A stretch of DNA of 62,945 nt, filler included. It is 10 parts of 10 records of this genome, joined end to end, with 100 filler letters (N's around TTAATTAATTAA, not from the genome) between each part and the next. Parts side by side here need not be neighbours in the genome. Positions count along the whole stretch, not along the records: positions 5,317 to 23,338 come from SRR7504441_3643; 9 more parts are not named here. One strand, written 5' to 3'. The notes under the pieces were generated by a model. It was not told the DNA's origin, made no database searches, and worked only from the letters and a program-made list of their open reading frames with translations. A program made the translations under genes and the position numbers. Below are positions 9,999-21,946 of this stretch, in pieces (position 1 is the first letter of the stretch; every line of letters begins with the position of its first letter).

Positions 9999-11513
9999 AT
10001 GCCTGTGAGCCCTGCGCCCGGCGAGGCGCCCTCGGGGACCAAGCTGCTGGACCTGCGGCTGTCTGAGTACGGCGCGGTAGCCCAGCAGGAGGAGCTCGAG
10101 CCGGGCCCGGCCCCGGCGATCCGGCTTCTCTCGCTCCGCCGGGTGGGGGTGCTGCTCAGCTACGGGCTGGTCGGGCTGGTGCCGGCCCTGCTGGACAACG
10201 CGAGCACAGTGTACACGATCCGGGAGCTGAACGCCACCCCGATACAGCAGAACACGATCCAGGCGATGGGGCTGCTCCCGTGGTGCCTGAAGAGTGTGTT
10301 CGGGCTTCCTGTAGACGCCACTGGCCAGCGGAAGCGCTGGGTTTTGGCCGGGCACGTGCTGGCCGCGATAGGGCTGGCGGTGATGGGCTGGCTGGTGGAC
10401 AGAGGGACGATGACCGTCCAACTGATGGCCGTATTCACGCTGCTGATTACATCAGCCCAGATCAGCGCGGACGTGGCTGCCGATGGGATTTGCGTCGAGC
10501 TGAATTACGGGCAGGCGGATTCGGGCTGGGTCCAGTCTGTGGCCTACCGCATCCGGTACACCGCCAATTTTGCCGGGGCGCTGCTCGGCACGTGTCTTTA
10601 CAACAAGGATGAGTGGGGTTGGGGGGCGAGCTTTGGGCAGCTCTGCTATGCAGCTGCGGCGTGCGCGGCTTGCTGCGTGCCGTTCTTCATCACGATCGAA
10701 GAGCCGCCCGCCGGGCCGGGGTCTGGACCGCTGCGCGCCCAGCTGGCCGCGCTGTGGGCGATGGTAGACAACTTTTCAGCTTGGTGCCCGCTGCTCTGGA
10801 TATTTGGGTTTAACGCTCTCCAAGTCGGCAACCCAGCCTGGAGCTCGTTTCTGCTGGACGGGATCGGGCTCACACCGTTCCAGCTAGGGCTGGTCGGATC
10901 GCTCAGCGCGCTCATGTCACTGACCGGGATAGCGGTATACCGCACGCTGATGGGTGGTGCCTCGTGGAGAATCATATTCCTCGTGACCACGCTGGTCAGC
11001 GCCGGGTTCTCCTGTCTGCAGCTGCTGCTCGTGTTCCAGATCCCCGGCAAAGCGGGCATCCCTCCGTTTGTGTTCTGCTTGGGAGACACAGCCGGCGGCA
11101 GCCTCGCGAACGGGATCCACTTCATGCCGATGGTGCTGCTCGCGCTCAGTCTGTGCCCTGTCCAGCAAGAGGCGGCCTCGTTCGGGGCACTGACCACCTT
11201 CACCAACATGGGAATCATGGTGGGCTCTTTCCTGGGAAACTTATCCTCGCTGATATGGGACGTCTCAAATGAGGCGATGGAGCGGCACGAGTATGACGGC
11301 TTGTGGAAGCTCACGCTGCTTTTGAGCTTGGTGCAGCTGCTGCCTCTGGGCATGCTTTGGATGCTCCCCGCTTCAGAGCAAGAGCAGAAGGAGAGGGCGG
11401 CCAATGGCAGCAAGAGCGACAAGAGCTCTTTGATGTTTGTGGCCATTTTTGGGTTGAGCTTAATAATAGCAGTCGTCAACGTCTTTTGGGGAACATTAGC
11501 TAAAACAAGCTAG
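9999..11513 (+). CDS. BT1 folate/biopterin transporter (MFS)
   Basis: LPWCLKSVFGLPVD, SADVAADGICVE, LCPVQQEAASFG; many TM helices. Confidence 0.85.
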   Translation: MPVSPAPGEAPSGTKLLDLRLSEYGAVAQQEELEPGPAPAIRLLSLRRVGVLLSYGLVGLVPALLDNASTVYTIRELNATPIQQNTIQAMGLLPWCLKSVFGLPVDATGQRKRWVLAGHVLAAIGLAVMGWLVDRGTMTVQLMAVFTLLITSAQISADVAADGICVELNYGQADSGWVQSVAYRIRYTANFAGALLGTCLYNKDEWGWGASFGQLCYAAAACAACCVPFFITIEEPPAGPGSGPLRAQLAALWAMVDNFSAWCPLLWIFGFNALQVGNPAWSSFLLDGIGLTPFQLGLVGSLSALMSLTGIAVYRTLMGGASWRIIFLVTTLVSAGFSCLQLLLVFQIPGKAGIPPFVFCLGDTAGGSLANGIHFMPMVLLALSLCPVQQEAASFGALTTFTNMGIMVGSFLGNLSSLIWDVSNEAMERHEYDGLWKLTLLLSLVQLLPLGMLWMLPASEQEQKERAANGSKSDKSSLMFVAIFGLSLIIAVVNVFWGTLAKTS

Positions 11514-11605
11514 CTCTTTCTATAGTTGACTAATGATACACTCAGCACCGCGGCTCACGCCACGATACACGGCCCGGGCCCGCCCAACTCGTGCTTACCT
11601 CGTGA

Positions 11606-12227
11606 TCATGCTCCCACTGCCACTTCAGCGAGAGCTCGTTCAACCACTGCCAGCGCGGCTCCAGGCAGCTGCTTACGCCAGCATGGCTCGAGTGGTACGG
11701 AAACAGTCGCCTGCCGACCGATCGGCCGGCTCCGATGGGCTCGGAGCCACCGTCGCCGCTGCTCCCAGTTCAGCCCGCTGCGCGCCCGGTAGTCTTCCGC
11801 AACCACCCGGCGCACCTTTTCACCCTGTCCGGCTTCTCTCTCGATGGCCACGAGGTCAGACCAGAGCCGCATGGTGCACGCCATCATCCTGACCAGGCTC
11901 GCCGCGGCTTATTCGGCCCGGGCACCCAGCCGACATGTACCCGCTGAACTGGATAACCCGGCCTGAGAGTCCCTCGTTGGCGAGCACCCAGGTCCGGGGG
12001 CTGTCGCTCCCGAGCACCCGGAGCGCTGCCCAGCGGTCAAGGCCGCCCAGGGGAGTGGGACCCACCGTCCGATCCGACGAGCTTGCGCACCTGGCGCCGG
12101 GCCAGGGGGCGGCGCGGGAGGCTGCAGCTCGGCACGCTGTGGGCAGGGCTCAGTCCGAGGACGGTGGGCCAGCGCACCCCTCTTTGACCCCGGCCGCAGC
12201 CGGTGCGCTCGCGATTTGCGCCCACAT
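11606..12227 (-). CDS. Multi-exon hypothetical protein
   Basis: ATG at 12227 divergent from the JmjC gene; short GT-AG introns link ORF pieces; boundaries approximate. Confidence 0.35.
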
Positions 12228-12280
12228 GGCTGGCAAAAAGTCGTTAGAAGCCGTTACGGGTTGGTATCAACTGGCAGCGG

Positions 12281-13940
12281 ATGGGGTGCCCGGCAGCGCT
12301 GGCCTGGGCTGTGGTGCTGCTGAGACTCGTAGCACACTCGCACGGCGCCTCCAAGTGCACTGCGGACGAATGGATCTCTGCGGAGACCCCAACGCCTGTA
12401 AGTTGCTCCGCTGGTATTCGGCGTCTTCACGCCAGCGCTCTGCCTTCCGAGGACGCCTACGCCACTGTGACAGCGGCCACTGTTGTCGAGGGCGCCGCCG
12501 ATCGGATTGTAGCCGACGCGCAGCAGTGGTCGCGCCCCGCGCTGCTCCAGCGGCTCGGGACACTCCAGGTTTCACCGCGGGGCGCGTCGAACGTGGCAAG
12601 GAATGGGCCACGCGCGGATGGCGGCGCGGGCTCACTCAGCTTCAGGGACTACCTGGAGAGCATGCGCAGGCCAAACTGGACAGACCGAGTCCTGTTTGTG
12701 AGCCGTCAAGAGAACGAGCAGCTGATGGACGCGATCGAGCCGCTCCTGCAGCTCGCCAATCAGTCGGATGCCGAGCGCTGGTTCTTCCCGCCGCGCCATC
12801 GAGACTCGCATAGCCTGCTCGTGTCGGTCAGCGCGCCGGAGCGTGGGCTGCCCATGCATGTGCATGGAGCGTCGTGGCTGCTCCAACTGCGAGGTGCTAA
12901 GCGCTGGTTCATTTACCCCTCTGAGACCAACGTGTCTCGTATTCCTCGGTATCTGGAACTGTTTAATGCGCCGCCAGGCCGGTGGCCCGCTGAGCTCGCC
13001 GAGTGGGCCAGCTCGGGTAACTTGCTGTCTGATTGTAGTAATCGGTGCGGGCAGATGCAGTTTTGGCTCCACTCACTTGCATGCTGCAAGAAGGCGAGAT
13101 AATGCTTCTCCCGCCAGGCTGGCACCACGCCACACAAAATGTGAGGCCCGCGCTCTCGGCGCGCATTGATGTAATATGTGGCGGCAGGTGGGCGAATCGG
13201 TGGCTGTCGGAGGGCAGCTCTTTGGTGTTCAACGCACAGTGGCAGATATAGAGGTGCTGCTGGTGACAATTGGAAAGGATCTTATGGGCAGTTGCAGGCG
13301 ATGGTCCGCACAGCACCAGAGGAGCTGTCCGGCTCGGCGCATAGGCTTTATTATGAAGCAAGCACCATTGCATTAGCGATCCCCAACACGGTGGACGAGG
13401 GTCAGAATAGGGGAGCGCTGCGTCATCTGGCCCCTGGAGCGATTCAAAAGGCCTTGATGAGGCGGCTGAGGAAGGCGCAGCAGCTCGACCCCACCAATGT
13501 GAATTAGCTAGATTGTTGTCAAGCCATGCTGACTATCTTGCCTGCAGATGCCTATGACACACCGCTTGCTAGAAGAACTAGCCTTGGAAGACCAGACGGC
13601 TCCTGAATGCTTCGAGCTGCTTGAGAGCGCTCTCCGGGACTTAAAGGACTTGCACACGGGTCAAATATTCACGAGGGAGGAATATGCAAAGCTCTCGCTT
13701 GAGGTCATGGACCGAGCAGTGCGCACAGGTCTGACTCTGGCTGTGTGTTCACAGCACGCGAGTTCAGTACTGCTCCACGCCTCTCCAGAATTAATGCTCG
13801 ACCACCGCATTAAATTCAAGGGCCGACATATGCCGGTGGTCGAGGTGATGCATAACATACTTACGATGTGCAACAAGCTCATCCCAGAGTCCCCAAGTTT
13901 ACAACAAGCTTGGCGAGCGTTCAACTACATGTTCGAATAA
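12281..13940 (+). CDS. Secreted JmjC/cupin_8 domain protein (JMJD8-like); 5 exons
   Basis: Signal peptide; GLPMHVHGASWLLQLRGAKRWFIYP, LLPPGWHHATQN; introns 13017-13054, 13141-13187, 13254-13297, 13499-13547. Confidence 0.8.
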
Positions 13941-14035
13941 GCAATTACTTCGTAGCTATAATAGTGTGTGTGCAGCTAGTGTGCCACACGCGTGATCGTG
14001 TGTCGCACGCGTGATCAATTCAAGTATAAAAAATA

Positions 14036-15286
14036 TTATTTGCACGCCGCCTTTAAAATCCAAGGTTGCTTAGCTTCGGCGTCCATGCTCTTCCAAAGCT
14101 TGGATCCGCGTAGTGTCGCCTCTCGCTTCTCCGACCCGGGTTCTAAGTCATTAATCCCAAACTCATACTCTAGGAACAACTTTAAAGGGAGGGTTCGGTC
14201 GATCCGGGACTTGGATTCGGCCCGCCTCGGCCGGATTGCCCCGCCTCCCAGGGCGTCAAGCCACTTCTCAAATATCTGGACCAGCTCCCGCCGGACTAGC
14301 GGGGCTCTGCTGGTAACGAGCCCGAGGGGGTGCCCCTCTATCATATAGGCCTGCGCCTCATCCCATAGAATGTGCGGCTCCTGTGTAGCGTAGCCCATCT
14401 GAGAGAGGCAAGCCCGGAGCCGGTCCCATTCGCGAGGACCGAGGCTAGCCAAGACACGATCCACCTCCGCCTTATACTCCGGACTCGTCCCGTACAGGCT
14501 GTGTGCCAGCTCATGCTCGAGCGAATCAGACTCCTCCTCGGCGCAGATAGCGATCACATACGTCGTGCCCGGCGGCACCAGTCCCAGCAAGCACTCCTCC
14601 TCGCGCCGCAGCTGCCCGAGCTTTCCAGCTCTGAGCAGGTCCAGCACCCACCCGGGGATGTTGAACCCAGGCCACCGTGTGTAGTAGCAGAATCCTCTTT
14701 CCGGCTCCAGCTCGCGGCACCACGTCTTGTAAAGCTCCAGGCTAAACGGCGCCTGCCGCCGGATATGGTCAGCCGGGCATTCATAGTACTCCTGCGCTCG
14801 GACGAACATGGCCGCCAGTAGCACCTGAGACTCACACCGGACACATACCGCCCCGGTGCTCAGCGCCGGTTCCACTGTGATGCCCGCGCTGAGCTCGCCC
14901 AGCCAGGCAGGGCAGGCGGTAACGATCCAGTCCCAGTATTCGCACACAAGCTCTTCCAGGCTGGCGATCCCGCCCGGCTCGGCCTCCCAGCGCGCCCCGG
15001 CCAGCTCGTCCGCCAGCTCAGCTAGCGCGTCCACCGCGGCAGTCGGCTGGGCCGCCAGCTCGTCCCAGCTCAGCCCAGCCAGCTCCTGCTCGAGATCCGG
15101 CTCCAGCGGCGGCCCGGCCCAGCTGATACTGCGCCATGGCCGGCCGGACGGGTCGAGGCACCGGAGCAGCTGCCCGCTGGGCCTGCGAGACAGAACGAAG
15201 CAGCCCGGCCCAGTCAGGCCGAACGCCACAGGGTCGAGCCGGCGCCAGCTAGCCACCTGGGCCCACGTCTGATCACTTCCAGGCAT
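14036..15286 (-). CDS. Zincin-like (HExxH) protein with C-terminal HMG-box-like tail
   Basis: FVRAQEYYEC...WPGFNIP...YVI...LEHELAH; tail GSKLWKSMDAEAKQPWILKA. Confidence 0.6.
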   Translation of the reverse strand: MPGSDQTWAQVASWRRLDPVAFGLTGPGCFVLSRRPSGQLLRCLDPSGRPWRSISWAGPPLEPDLEQELAGLSWDELAAQPTAAVDALAELADELAGARWEAEPGGIASLEELVCEYWDWIVTACPAWLGELSAGITVEPALSTGAVCVRCESQVLLAAMFVRAQEYYECPADHIRRQAPFSLELYKTWCRELEPERGFCYYTRWPGFNIPGWVLDLLRAGKLGQLRREEECLLGLVPPGTTYVIAICAEEESDSLEHELAHSLYGTSPEYKAEVDRVLASLGPREWDRLRACLSQMGYATQEPHILWDEAQAYMIEGHPLGLVTSRAPLVRRELVQIFEKWLDALGGGAIRPRRAESKSRIDRTLPLKLFLEYEFGINDLEPGSEKREATLRGSKLWKSMDAEAKQPWILKAACK

Positions 15287-15575
15287 TTCTTCGGGATCGT
15301 GGGTGGTTCGAGACACGCGAACCACACCCTGCGTTAGACTGTTAGAGGCGTATTGAGGTGTGTAGATCTATGTATGGTCCTCTCGTGGGTCTAATAATAA
15401 TATACGTGCAACAGGACTCGCTAGCCGAGGGCACACCCCATCGCCAAAGCAGTCGAGGGGTCTACGAGAAGCGTATATGTAGATTACGAAGTACTCGTAC
15501 CTCGTACCGTACGCACACAAATATTGATGAAAATTCACAAAAGCTCAATTGTTACATACAATTACGCGCACGGTA

Positions 15576-16311
15576 TCAGTCTTTGCTACTTGGGTGCTCC
15601 TTGTGGTTTTCGGTCGGGTAAACTGAGGCCATGCTGGCCTTGAGCTCGTTGATCAGCTCATCCGTGTGCCCTGGTTCGCTGTAAGCCGGTTTCTCAAACA
15701 CTCGATACACAATCGGCCGAAAGAACTCGAGCGGCTTGCTCTTAAACTCGCAGTCGAACGAGGTTTGGTCCCAGTCCCGGCAGAAGGCCTCGCATGCCTC
15801 AAAGTGCGGGCTGGCCCGCAGTCGCTCCTTGAGCGTATGATCCCGCGCCCCGGCCGCCTGGCCGTAGTAGAACAGTTGGAAGATCTCATGGTGGATCAGG
15901 ATCCAGTAGCTCCGCGGGCTGATAAATGGCCGCATCAGCGCCGCGGCCACCTCCCCGTGGTTCACTGGGGAGAGATGCTCCCCTATGTCGTGGAGCAGCG
16001 CCACCGCCACCAGCTCCTCCTGCTCGGCGGTCAGCCCATCGGAGTCGCCCCCGTCGGCGGTCAGGGCCTGGTAGCAGCGGGTGGCGGTCTGAAGCCCGTG
16101 CTCGTACAAATCCACCGGGCAGCCTGCCCCCGGCTGGTGCGGCCAGGGCAGGGCGGCGCGCACCAAGGGAGAGCCCGCGCTGGGCTTCGAGCATCTGGAG
16201 CAGGTGGTCGGCCGTGTGCCGGGGTGAGGCGATCTTATTGAACGCGCTGTCCATCTCGGTCAGCTCGGCCGGGCTCATCTCGGCCAGCGAGCCCGACCAC
16301 TTCCGCTTCAT
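15576..16311 (-). CDS. HD-domain metalloenzyme (PhnZ/COG4341-like); 2 exons
   Basis: EHGLQTATRC...ALLHDIGE...NHGE...HHEIFQ...DWDQ; intron 16124-16163. Confidence 0.8.
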
Positions 16312-16435
16312 CGCAGCCACGCCCCCGGCACTCCGCCGTTGGCAACCTGCAGCTTCGCTGAGGACCGACGAATTTTTAGGCAATCCGCCGCAGGTTCGAT
16401 GGTTCCACCCGCATAGCTACAGAGGTACGGGGGAC

Positions 16436-17287
16436 ATGCTCGGAGATGGGACCAGCCACGAGACACCGCTCAAGCACCCCCTCGACAGCATCACCCCCAA
16501 CCTCACCCCGAGCAAGCGGCCCCGATCGGCCGACGGCAGTAGCCGTCGGTGGCGCGCCGTGGTCCTGGACCTGGACGAGACTGCCGGCTCCTGGGGGCTG
16601 GCCTCGCTAGCCTACAAGATGTACCTCAAATTTGCCGGGCGGGCGCCACCGACGGAGATGTTTGTGCGGCAGTACCTGGAGCGGGGCGGGGCCAGGCCGT
16701 GGCTGCGTGAGCTGCTCAAGACGTTGGAGCATTGGAAGACGATCGGGCGGCTGGACGAGGTCGGGATCTTCACCTCGGCGAGCAACAGCCAGGGATGGGT
16801 GACCTTCCTCCAGCGGTGCATGGAGGAGTACGCCAGCACCGAGGGCCTCTTCGAGTGCTGCTTCACCAGGGAGAACTCGCCGCTGGCCATGACCGACAAC
16901 GGCATCCGCACGGTCAAGGACCTGTCGCAAGTCTCGCCGGACGCCGAGCAAGTGGTCCTGATCGACGACAAGCCGCACTTTGCGCTCAACGGGTATGTGA
17001 TTGGCGTGCCGGAGTACACTCAGGATGTGCCGATTGCGCACCTCAAGGAGAGGATGAAGATGGACATCCCGTCTCGAGCAGAGGACATCGAGACTGTGTT
17101 TGCAGCCGACTCGTGCAACCACCCGCCCAACTCGCTCGACTTCAGCCGGGACGACGCGCTGTTCAATGCCTGCCGAGTGCTTGATCAGATCTTCCCATCT
17201 GAGCAGCCGACCATTAGAGGCACCGAGATGCCAAGCTATGGAGAGTGGCAGCACGCCGAGCCACGCCCCGTCTGTGTGGAAGCATGA
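16436..17287 (+). CDS. HAD-superfamily FCP1/NIF-like phosphatase, single exon
   Basis: VVLDLDET, RPWLRELL, IFTSA, KDL, VVLIDDKP. Confidence 0.8.
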   Translation: MLGDGTSHETPLKHPLDSITPNLTPSKRPRSADGSSRRWRAVVLDLDETAGSWGLASLAYKMYLKFAGRAPPTEMFVRQYLERGGARPWLRELLKTLEHWKTIGRLDEVGIFTSASNSQGWVTFLQRCMEEYASTEGLFECCFTRENSPLAMTDNGIRTVKDLSQVSPDAEQVVLIDDKPHFALNGYVIGVPEYTQDVPIAHLKERMKMDIPSRAEDIETVFAADSCNHPPNSLDFSRDDALFNACRVLDQIFPSEQPTIRGTEMPSYGEWQHAEPRPVCVEA

Positions 17288-17535
17288 GCGGCTGTTCTCG
17301 GCCCATCATGCCATAAGCTACCTACGCCGCCAGGTGGGGGCTTATCCATTTTCCATTTTAATGAAAATTGAAAATTAATTACCGTATACCGTCGGACAGT
17401 TTCTCTTACTCTCAGTCTCTGACTGGCAACATACCATTTGAGCCACTTTTCGAGGCAATAAAAATGTTAGATTTGATAATTTAATAATCGGAGTGGGTCG
17501 ACGTGTGCAGCGTACATGTACCTCAGGCCTCGATC

Positions 17536-20073
17536 CTACTCGACGTACTCGATCCCTTGACTGTATTTTGACATTCGGAGCTCCAATTCGTCGTTGGTCG
17601 TCTTATAGCAAATCTTTTCATGGAGCTTTTCATACAAGTCGGCCGTGTTCTGAGAGTGCAACATCTGGTCAATTTCCTCGTCAAACGGCTGCGCGATATG
17701 TCCAGTTCCCTCGCCCTCACAGGACTGCGCAGCTGCGTGCTGCACATGCTGCATGAAGTGCCCCACCACTCGCACAGTCGCGCTGTCCCGCCAGTCCAGG
17801 AAGATGTACGCCTCCTTGATGTGCAGCCTCGACACTCCAGGCGGCGAGGTGTACACTGTACTCGGGTGCTCGTCGGGATGTATCGCCTTTTGTTTGATCA
17901 GCCTGCGATACTCCGACTCGGAATCGCCCGGCTTGACTCCTGCAGGGAAGTACTGGAGCACCGGGTGGATGTAGTTACTGAATATCCCAGAGCGCACAGT
18001 CCTGATCTGGCAAACTGCTTGGGCCGGAGGACCGAGCGGCCCATGCCACACTGTAACCCCGATGAGCTTTGGGCGGCATGGGCAGTCACCGCCATAGTGG
18101 TACGACCAGGTGATCCTGGGCATGTCTGGATACTTTTCGTGCACCTGCAAGGTCGCTCATGCGCTAACTGCCAGCTCAACTCACATAGTCCTCCGGCAAG
18201 TCCTCGATGTATATGGCTTGCTGCTTTTTGCAGTCAAACACAATCGCGTCGGCAAGCGATCCTCCAACCATTTCGAAAGGGCCGGCCGCTTCGTTGATTC
18301 GGTTGAGCAGCCGCTTTATCAGCGGAGGCGCCAGCTCATACTTGGCTGACACGCTGTCGAGCTCCGCTGGCTTAGCAACTTGCGCCACAGGCCATTCAAA
18401 CGCGCGCACCCCATCGTCTGCACGGCACTGTTGGTTGGCCTGATCTTGGCAGCCGTCTTCGTATCGTCTTTCGAGTAGCCGAGAGAGGGTTCGACAGACA
18501 AATCTAAACCCGTGAATGAACCCTCCAGACGCCTTGTACCGGTATCGATCGCTCCCATGTGCGGCAGCCCCAGCAACGAAGAGATGCGGAGCCGAGACAG
18601 ACTCGTACTCGCTGTTGAGCTCCGGGTACACTTGAGGGTCATGAACAGAGTGTTCAAGTCTAATAAAAGGCCGCAGCCAGGTCTGCCTGTTGGGCGGCCC
18701 TGTCATCTTGACCTTCACGGAGTCGTCAAGCACCGACGAGTCCCACGTCCAGCCGAGCGCCGACACCACCACATCGTACGGCTTCTGAAACTCCTCCCCG
18801 CTGTGGGTCAGCTCGATGCTCGAGTCACGCAGCTTGATCAGCAGCTGGCGCTGCTCCAGACTGTCTGCCCGAAGCAGCCCCTCCTTGGAGAGAAGCAAGT
18901 TCCTATCGAGCGCCGGATTCACACTGAGCCCAAGCTCGTCCGCAAACAGCGACTCACGGATCTGCTCCCCAGTCGGGTCGGCGACCAGCAAGTCCCCGTC
19001 CTCGAACAGCTCGAATGCTCTCCTGATCAGCGGCTCGAGCGCCGACTCCATTGGAGCCAGGACCACCCAGTCCTTGCCGGGATGATCGGCAAGCTGGATC
19101 TTTGAGAAGAAGCACACGGGCGGGGCGCCTTGAAAGCCTAGATTATCCGAGTCCGGCCCGCACGGCACCATCAGCAGATCCTGCGACTGCTGGCTGATCG
19201 AGCCTTCATAAGACTTGAGGCTGAATGCGTCCGCGTGTGTCGTCCTCCGTGCTCGTACGTCGCCCACGTAATGGGTGTCCTTCATCTGCTTGAGCGCCCT
19301 ATACCGGCCAACCACCTGGATATCGCGCGCATAATTCCGCACAGCATCCGCAGTCTCAGCCGCAGCGTTGCCAGCGCCCAAGATCAGCACCGATCTGTTC
19401 TCGAACGCCTCGCCGGGCACGCCGCTCAGCTGGTCGTACCGCACGGCCAGCTGAGGCATGTTCTCCACCCAGTCGTCCACCCGCCTCGGCCGCTGCATCC
19501 CGGTGGCGAGCACAAGCACGCCGCACTCGTACTGCTTAATCGTAGATCCCGCCGCCACCCGCAGCCTGTACCGACAGTCCGGGCCGCCCGGCTCGCACCG
19601 GCTGACCGTCTGCACTGAGTGCCCGAACAGCAGCCGACCGGCCTCCAGCTGCGGCTTTGCGAACGCATTGATATACTCGACCAGTGTGTCGGCCGGCGGC
19701 CAGTACTCCTTGCTCCAGTTGCCGAACAGCTGGGCCGGCTCGCCGGGCAGCGGCAGCAGCGAGTTCCAGTCGTGCCGCAGGTTGAACTCCAGATTGCCTG
19801 ACCGGGTGAACCGGCGGTTGATGCTGTTGAGCTGCCTGTGGATCGGGAAGCGTTCGAACCAGGAGCCGGCCCGCGGCTGCCGCTCGAGCACGACAAAGTC
19901 CCGCCCCCGCCCAAGGAGCATGTGCCCCAGCTGCACCCCACCCGGCCCCGCACCCACCACGCAGTACTTGTGCCGCTGGACCGCCGCCGGCTCCCCCGAG
20001 CCGATGGCCAGCCCTAGCGCTAGCACTGGCAGCACACGTCGCGCCGGCAACAGGACAGCCGGAGCATGGCCAT
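17536..20073 (-). CDS. FOXRED2: FAD-dependent oxidoreductase FOXRED2/ERFAD
   Basis: YCVVGAGPGGVQL, FNLRHDWNSLL, SVLILGAGNAAAET, HYVGDVRA, ASGGFIHGFRF; spliced; start approximate. Confidence 0.85.
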
Positions 20074-20142
20074 GCTTGGTGCCTTGGTCCCAACCTGCGC
20101 CCTTGCCCTTCCGGCTTGCCTGATGATGACTGCACACCGGTG

Positions 20143-21664
20143 ATGCGCGACGGAGGAGTGGAGGAGGTGCGGCGGCTGGTGGCGGAGCGGCTGGCGGCCC
20201 GGGACCGGCGGGAGTTCGACCGGGCCGACGCGCTGCGCCGGACCTTGTTTGTGGCTCACAGCGTCTCGGTGGACGACAGCGGGGACTGGAGCGCGCATCC
20301 AGGACTCGGCCAGGACGGCGGCTGCTTCGCCTGGTGTCGCCGTCGGCGGGTCAAGCCGGGCGACCGGCCTGGGTACAAGTGCGGCCGGCCGGTGCAGGCG
20401 GGAGGCTGGTTCTGTGCGCTGCACGCGCCGGCGAATCGGGGCAAAGTGCCCTGCCCGACCGACCCCCGGCACGCGGTGCCGCTGGCCAAGCTGCACGGGC
20501 ATCTCAAGGTCTGCTCCGGTGGGGTGCCCTCACACAGCCAGGCCCCGGTCGTCGAAGGGCCACACCTGACCGCCGGCCGAAATAGCGGTGGATCCGGGGG
20601 GCTGCGGGAGCCCGAGGAATCCCGGCTGCTGCCTGCGGAGGCGGGGCCGGCCGCGGTGGCAGCGGCCGAGGCGGATGAAGCGCTGCTGGTTCGGCTGCAG
20701 GCCCGGGTCATCGCGGCGCTTGCCAGTCTGCGTGTGTGCGACGGTTGCGCCGACGCGGTGCCTGCTGCATCAGTGTGTGAGGCCGTCAGGCTCAAGCCAC
20801 TGAACCGGAGGCACCCCGAGCCGCCTCCGTCGGCTAGCAGCAAGCGGCGGCGGGATGCGGTGCAGCAGGGTGCGCTGGCCGCGCTGGCGAGTGAAGGCCT
20901 GGTGGCCCCGGCAGCCGTGGTGGAGTTTTGTGCTGGCACCGCTGGATTATCACAAGCTCTAGGGCGGCTGTGGCCGGAGGCTGCGCTAGTGGCAGTGGAT
21001 AAGGCTCAATTCCGGGGGGTCCATTCGGGGGCGGTGCGGGTGACGGCAGACATAAGAGACCTCGAGCTGTCTGGAGTCGCGGAGCTCTGTGACGCCGACC
21101 GGTTTGTGGCAGTGGGCAAGCATCTTTGTGGCTCGGCCGCTGACTTAGCCCTCCGCTGTGTGGTGTCGACGGAGCGGCCGGCTGCCGTCAGAGTGGCCAT
21201 AGCGCTGTGCTGTCATCATCTGTGCGACTGGGGTAACTGCGGGCCACGGCTGGCACGGTAAGCCTGGGCACAGATGATTTCGTTAACAGGGAATTGCTCT
21301 TGTCTCACGGGATCGGCCGAGGCGAGTTCGGCCTGTTGAAGCGGCTGTGCACGCGGTAACGGAATAAATGGCCCTGTCAAGTGAATTGGCTGTGCGCAGG
21401 TGTCGTTGCCACCCTGCCCAGGACCGGGTCGACAGCTTCCGGTCAAACGGGACAGTCTTGGCTGGTGACGACCCCAGGCTGCGGACTGATCGGGCGAAAC
21501 AAGCGGCGCGGCGGGCTGAGCTTGGGTTGCTGGCCAAGCGGTTGCTGGATGAGGCAAGGGCCAGCTGGCTCCGGCGGTGCTGTGGGTGGAAGGAAGTCCA
21601 GTTGGTGCAGTACGCTGCGATTGAGGTAACGCCGGAGAACCACCTGCTGATTGCATCGCCGTAG
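20143..21664 (+). CDS. TRMT13: tRNA:m4X methyltransferase TRM13-like; 3 exons
   Basis: CCCH finger, CHHC finger (CPTDPRH...HLKVC), EFCAGTAGLS, DIRDL, KHLCGSAADLALRC, IALCCHH, TPEN; introns 21233-21273 and 21356-21399. Confidence 0.85.
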
Positions 21665-21946
21665 TTGATGCGGTTGGCGACAGCATGATTGTAGCTGCTT
21701 TGCATAATTATGATAGGATGGTTCAATGGGTAATAATTACAATACATACTCGTATCACTAATTCCAAGTTCTCATGCACTTGTAGCAGTTACTGTCAAAA
21801 GCTTCCTTATCATTTCGTGTGACCCTCGTCTGTGTACCCCTCAGAGGCTCAAAACGAGCGTCTCAAAACGAGCGTCTGCTGGGCAGTATCAGCCGGTATG
21901 CAGCAGTGACCGTTGGCGTCTGAGCCCCCTGGAGGCGCTTGCATGG

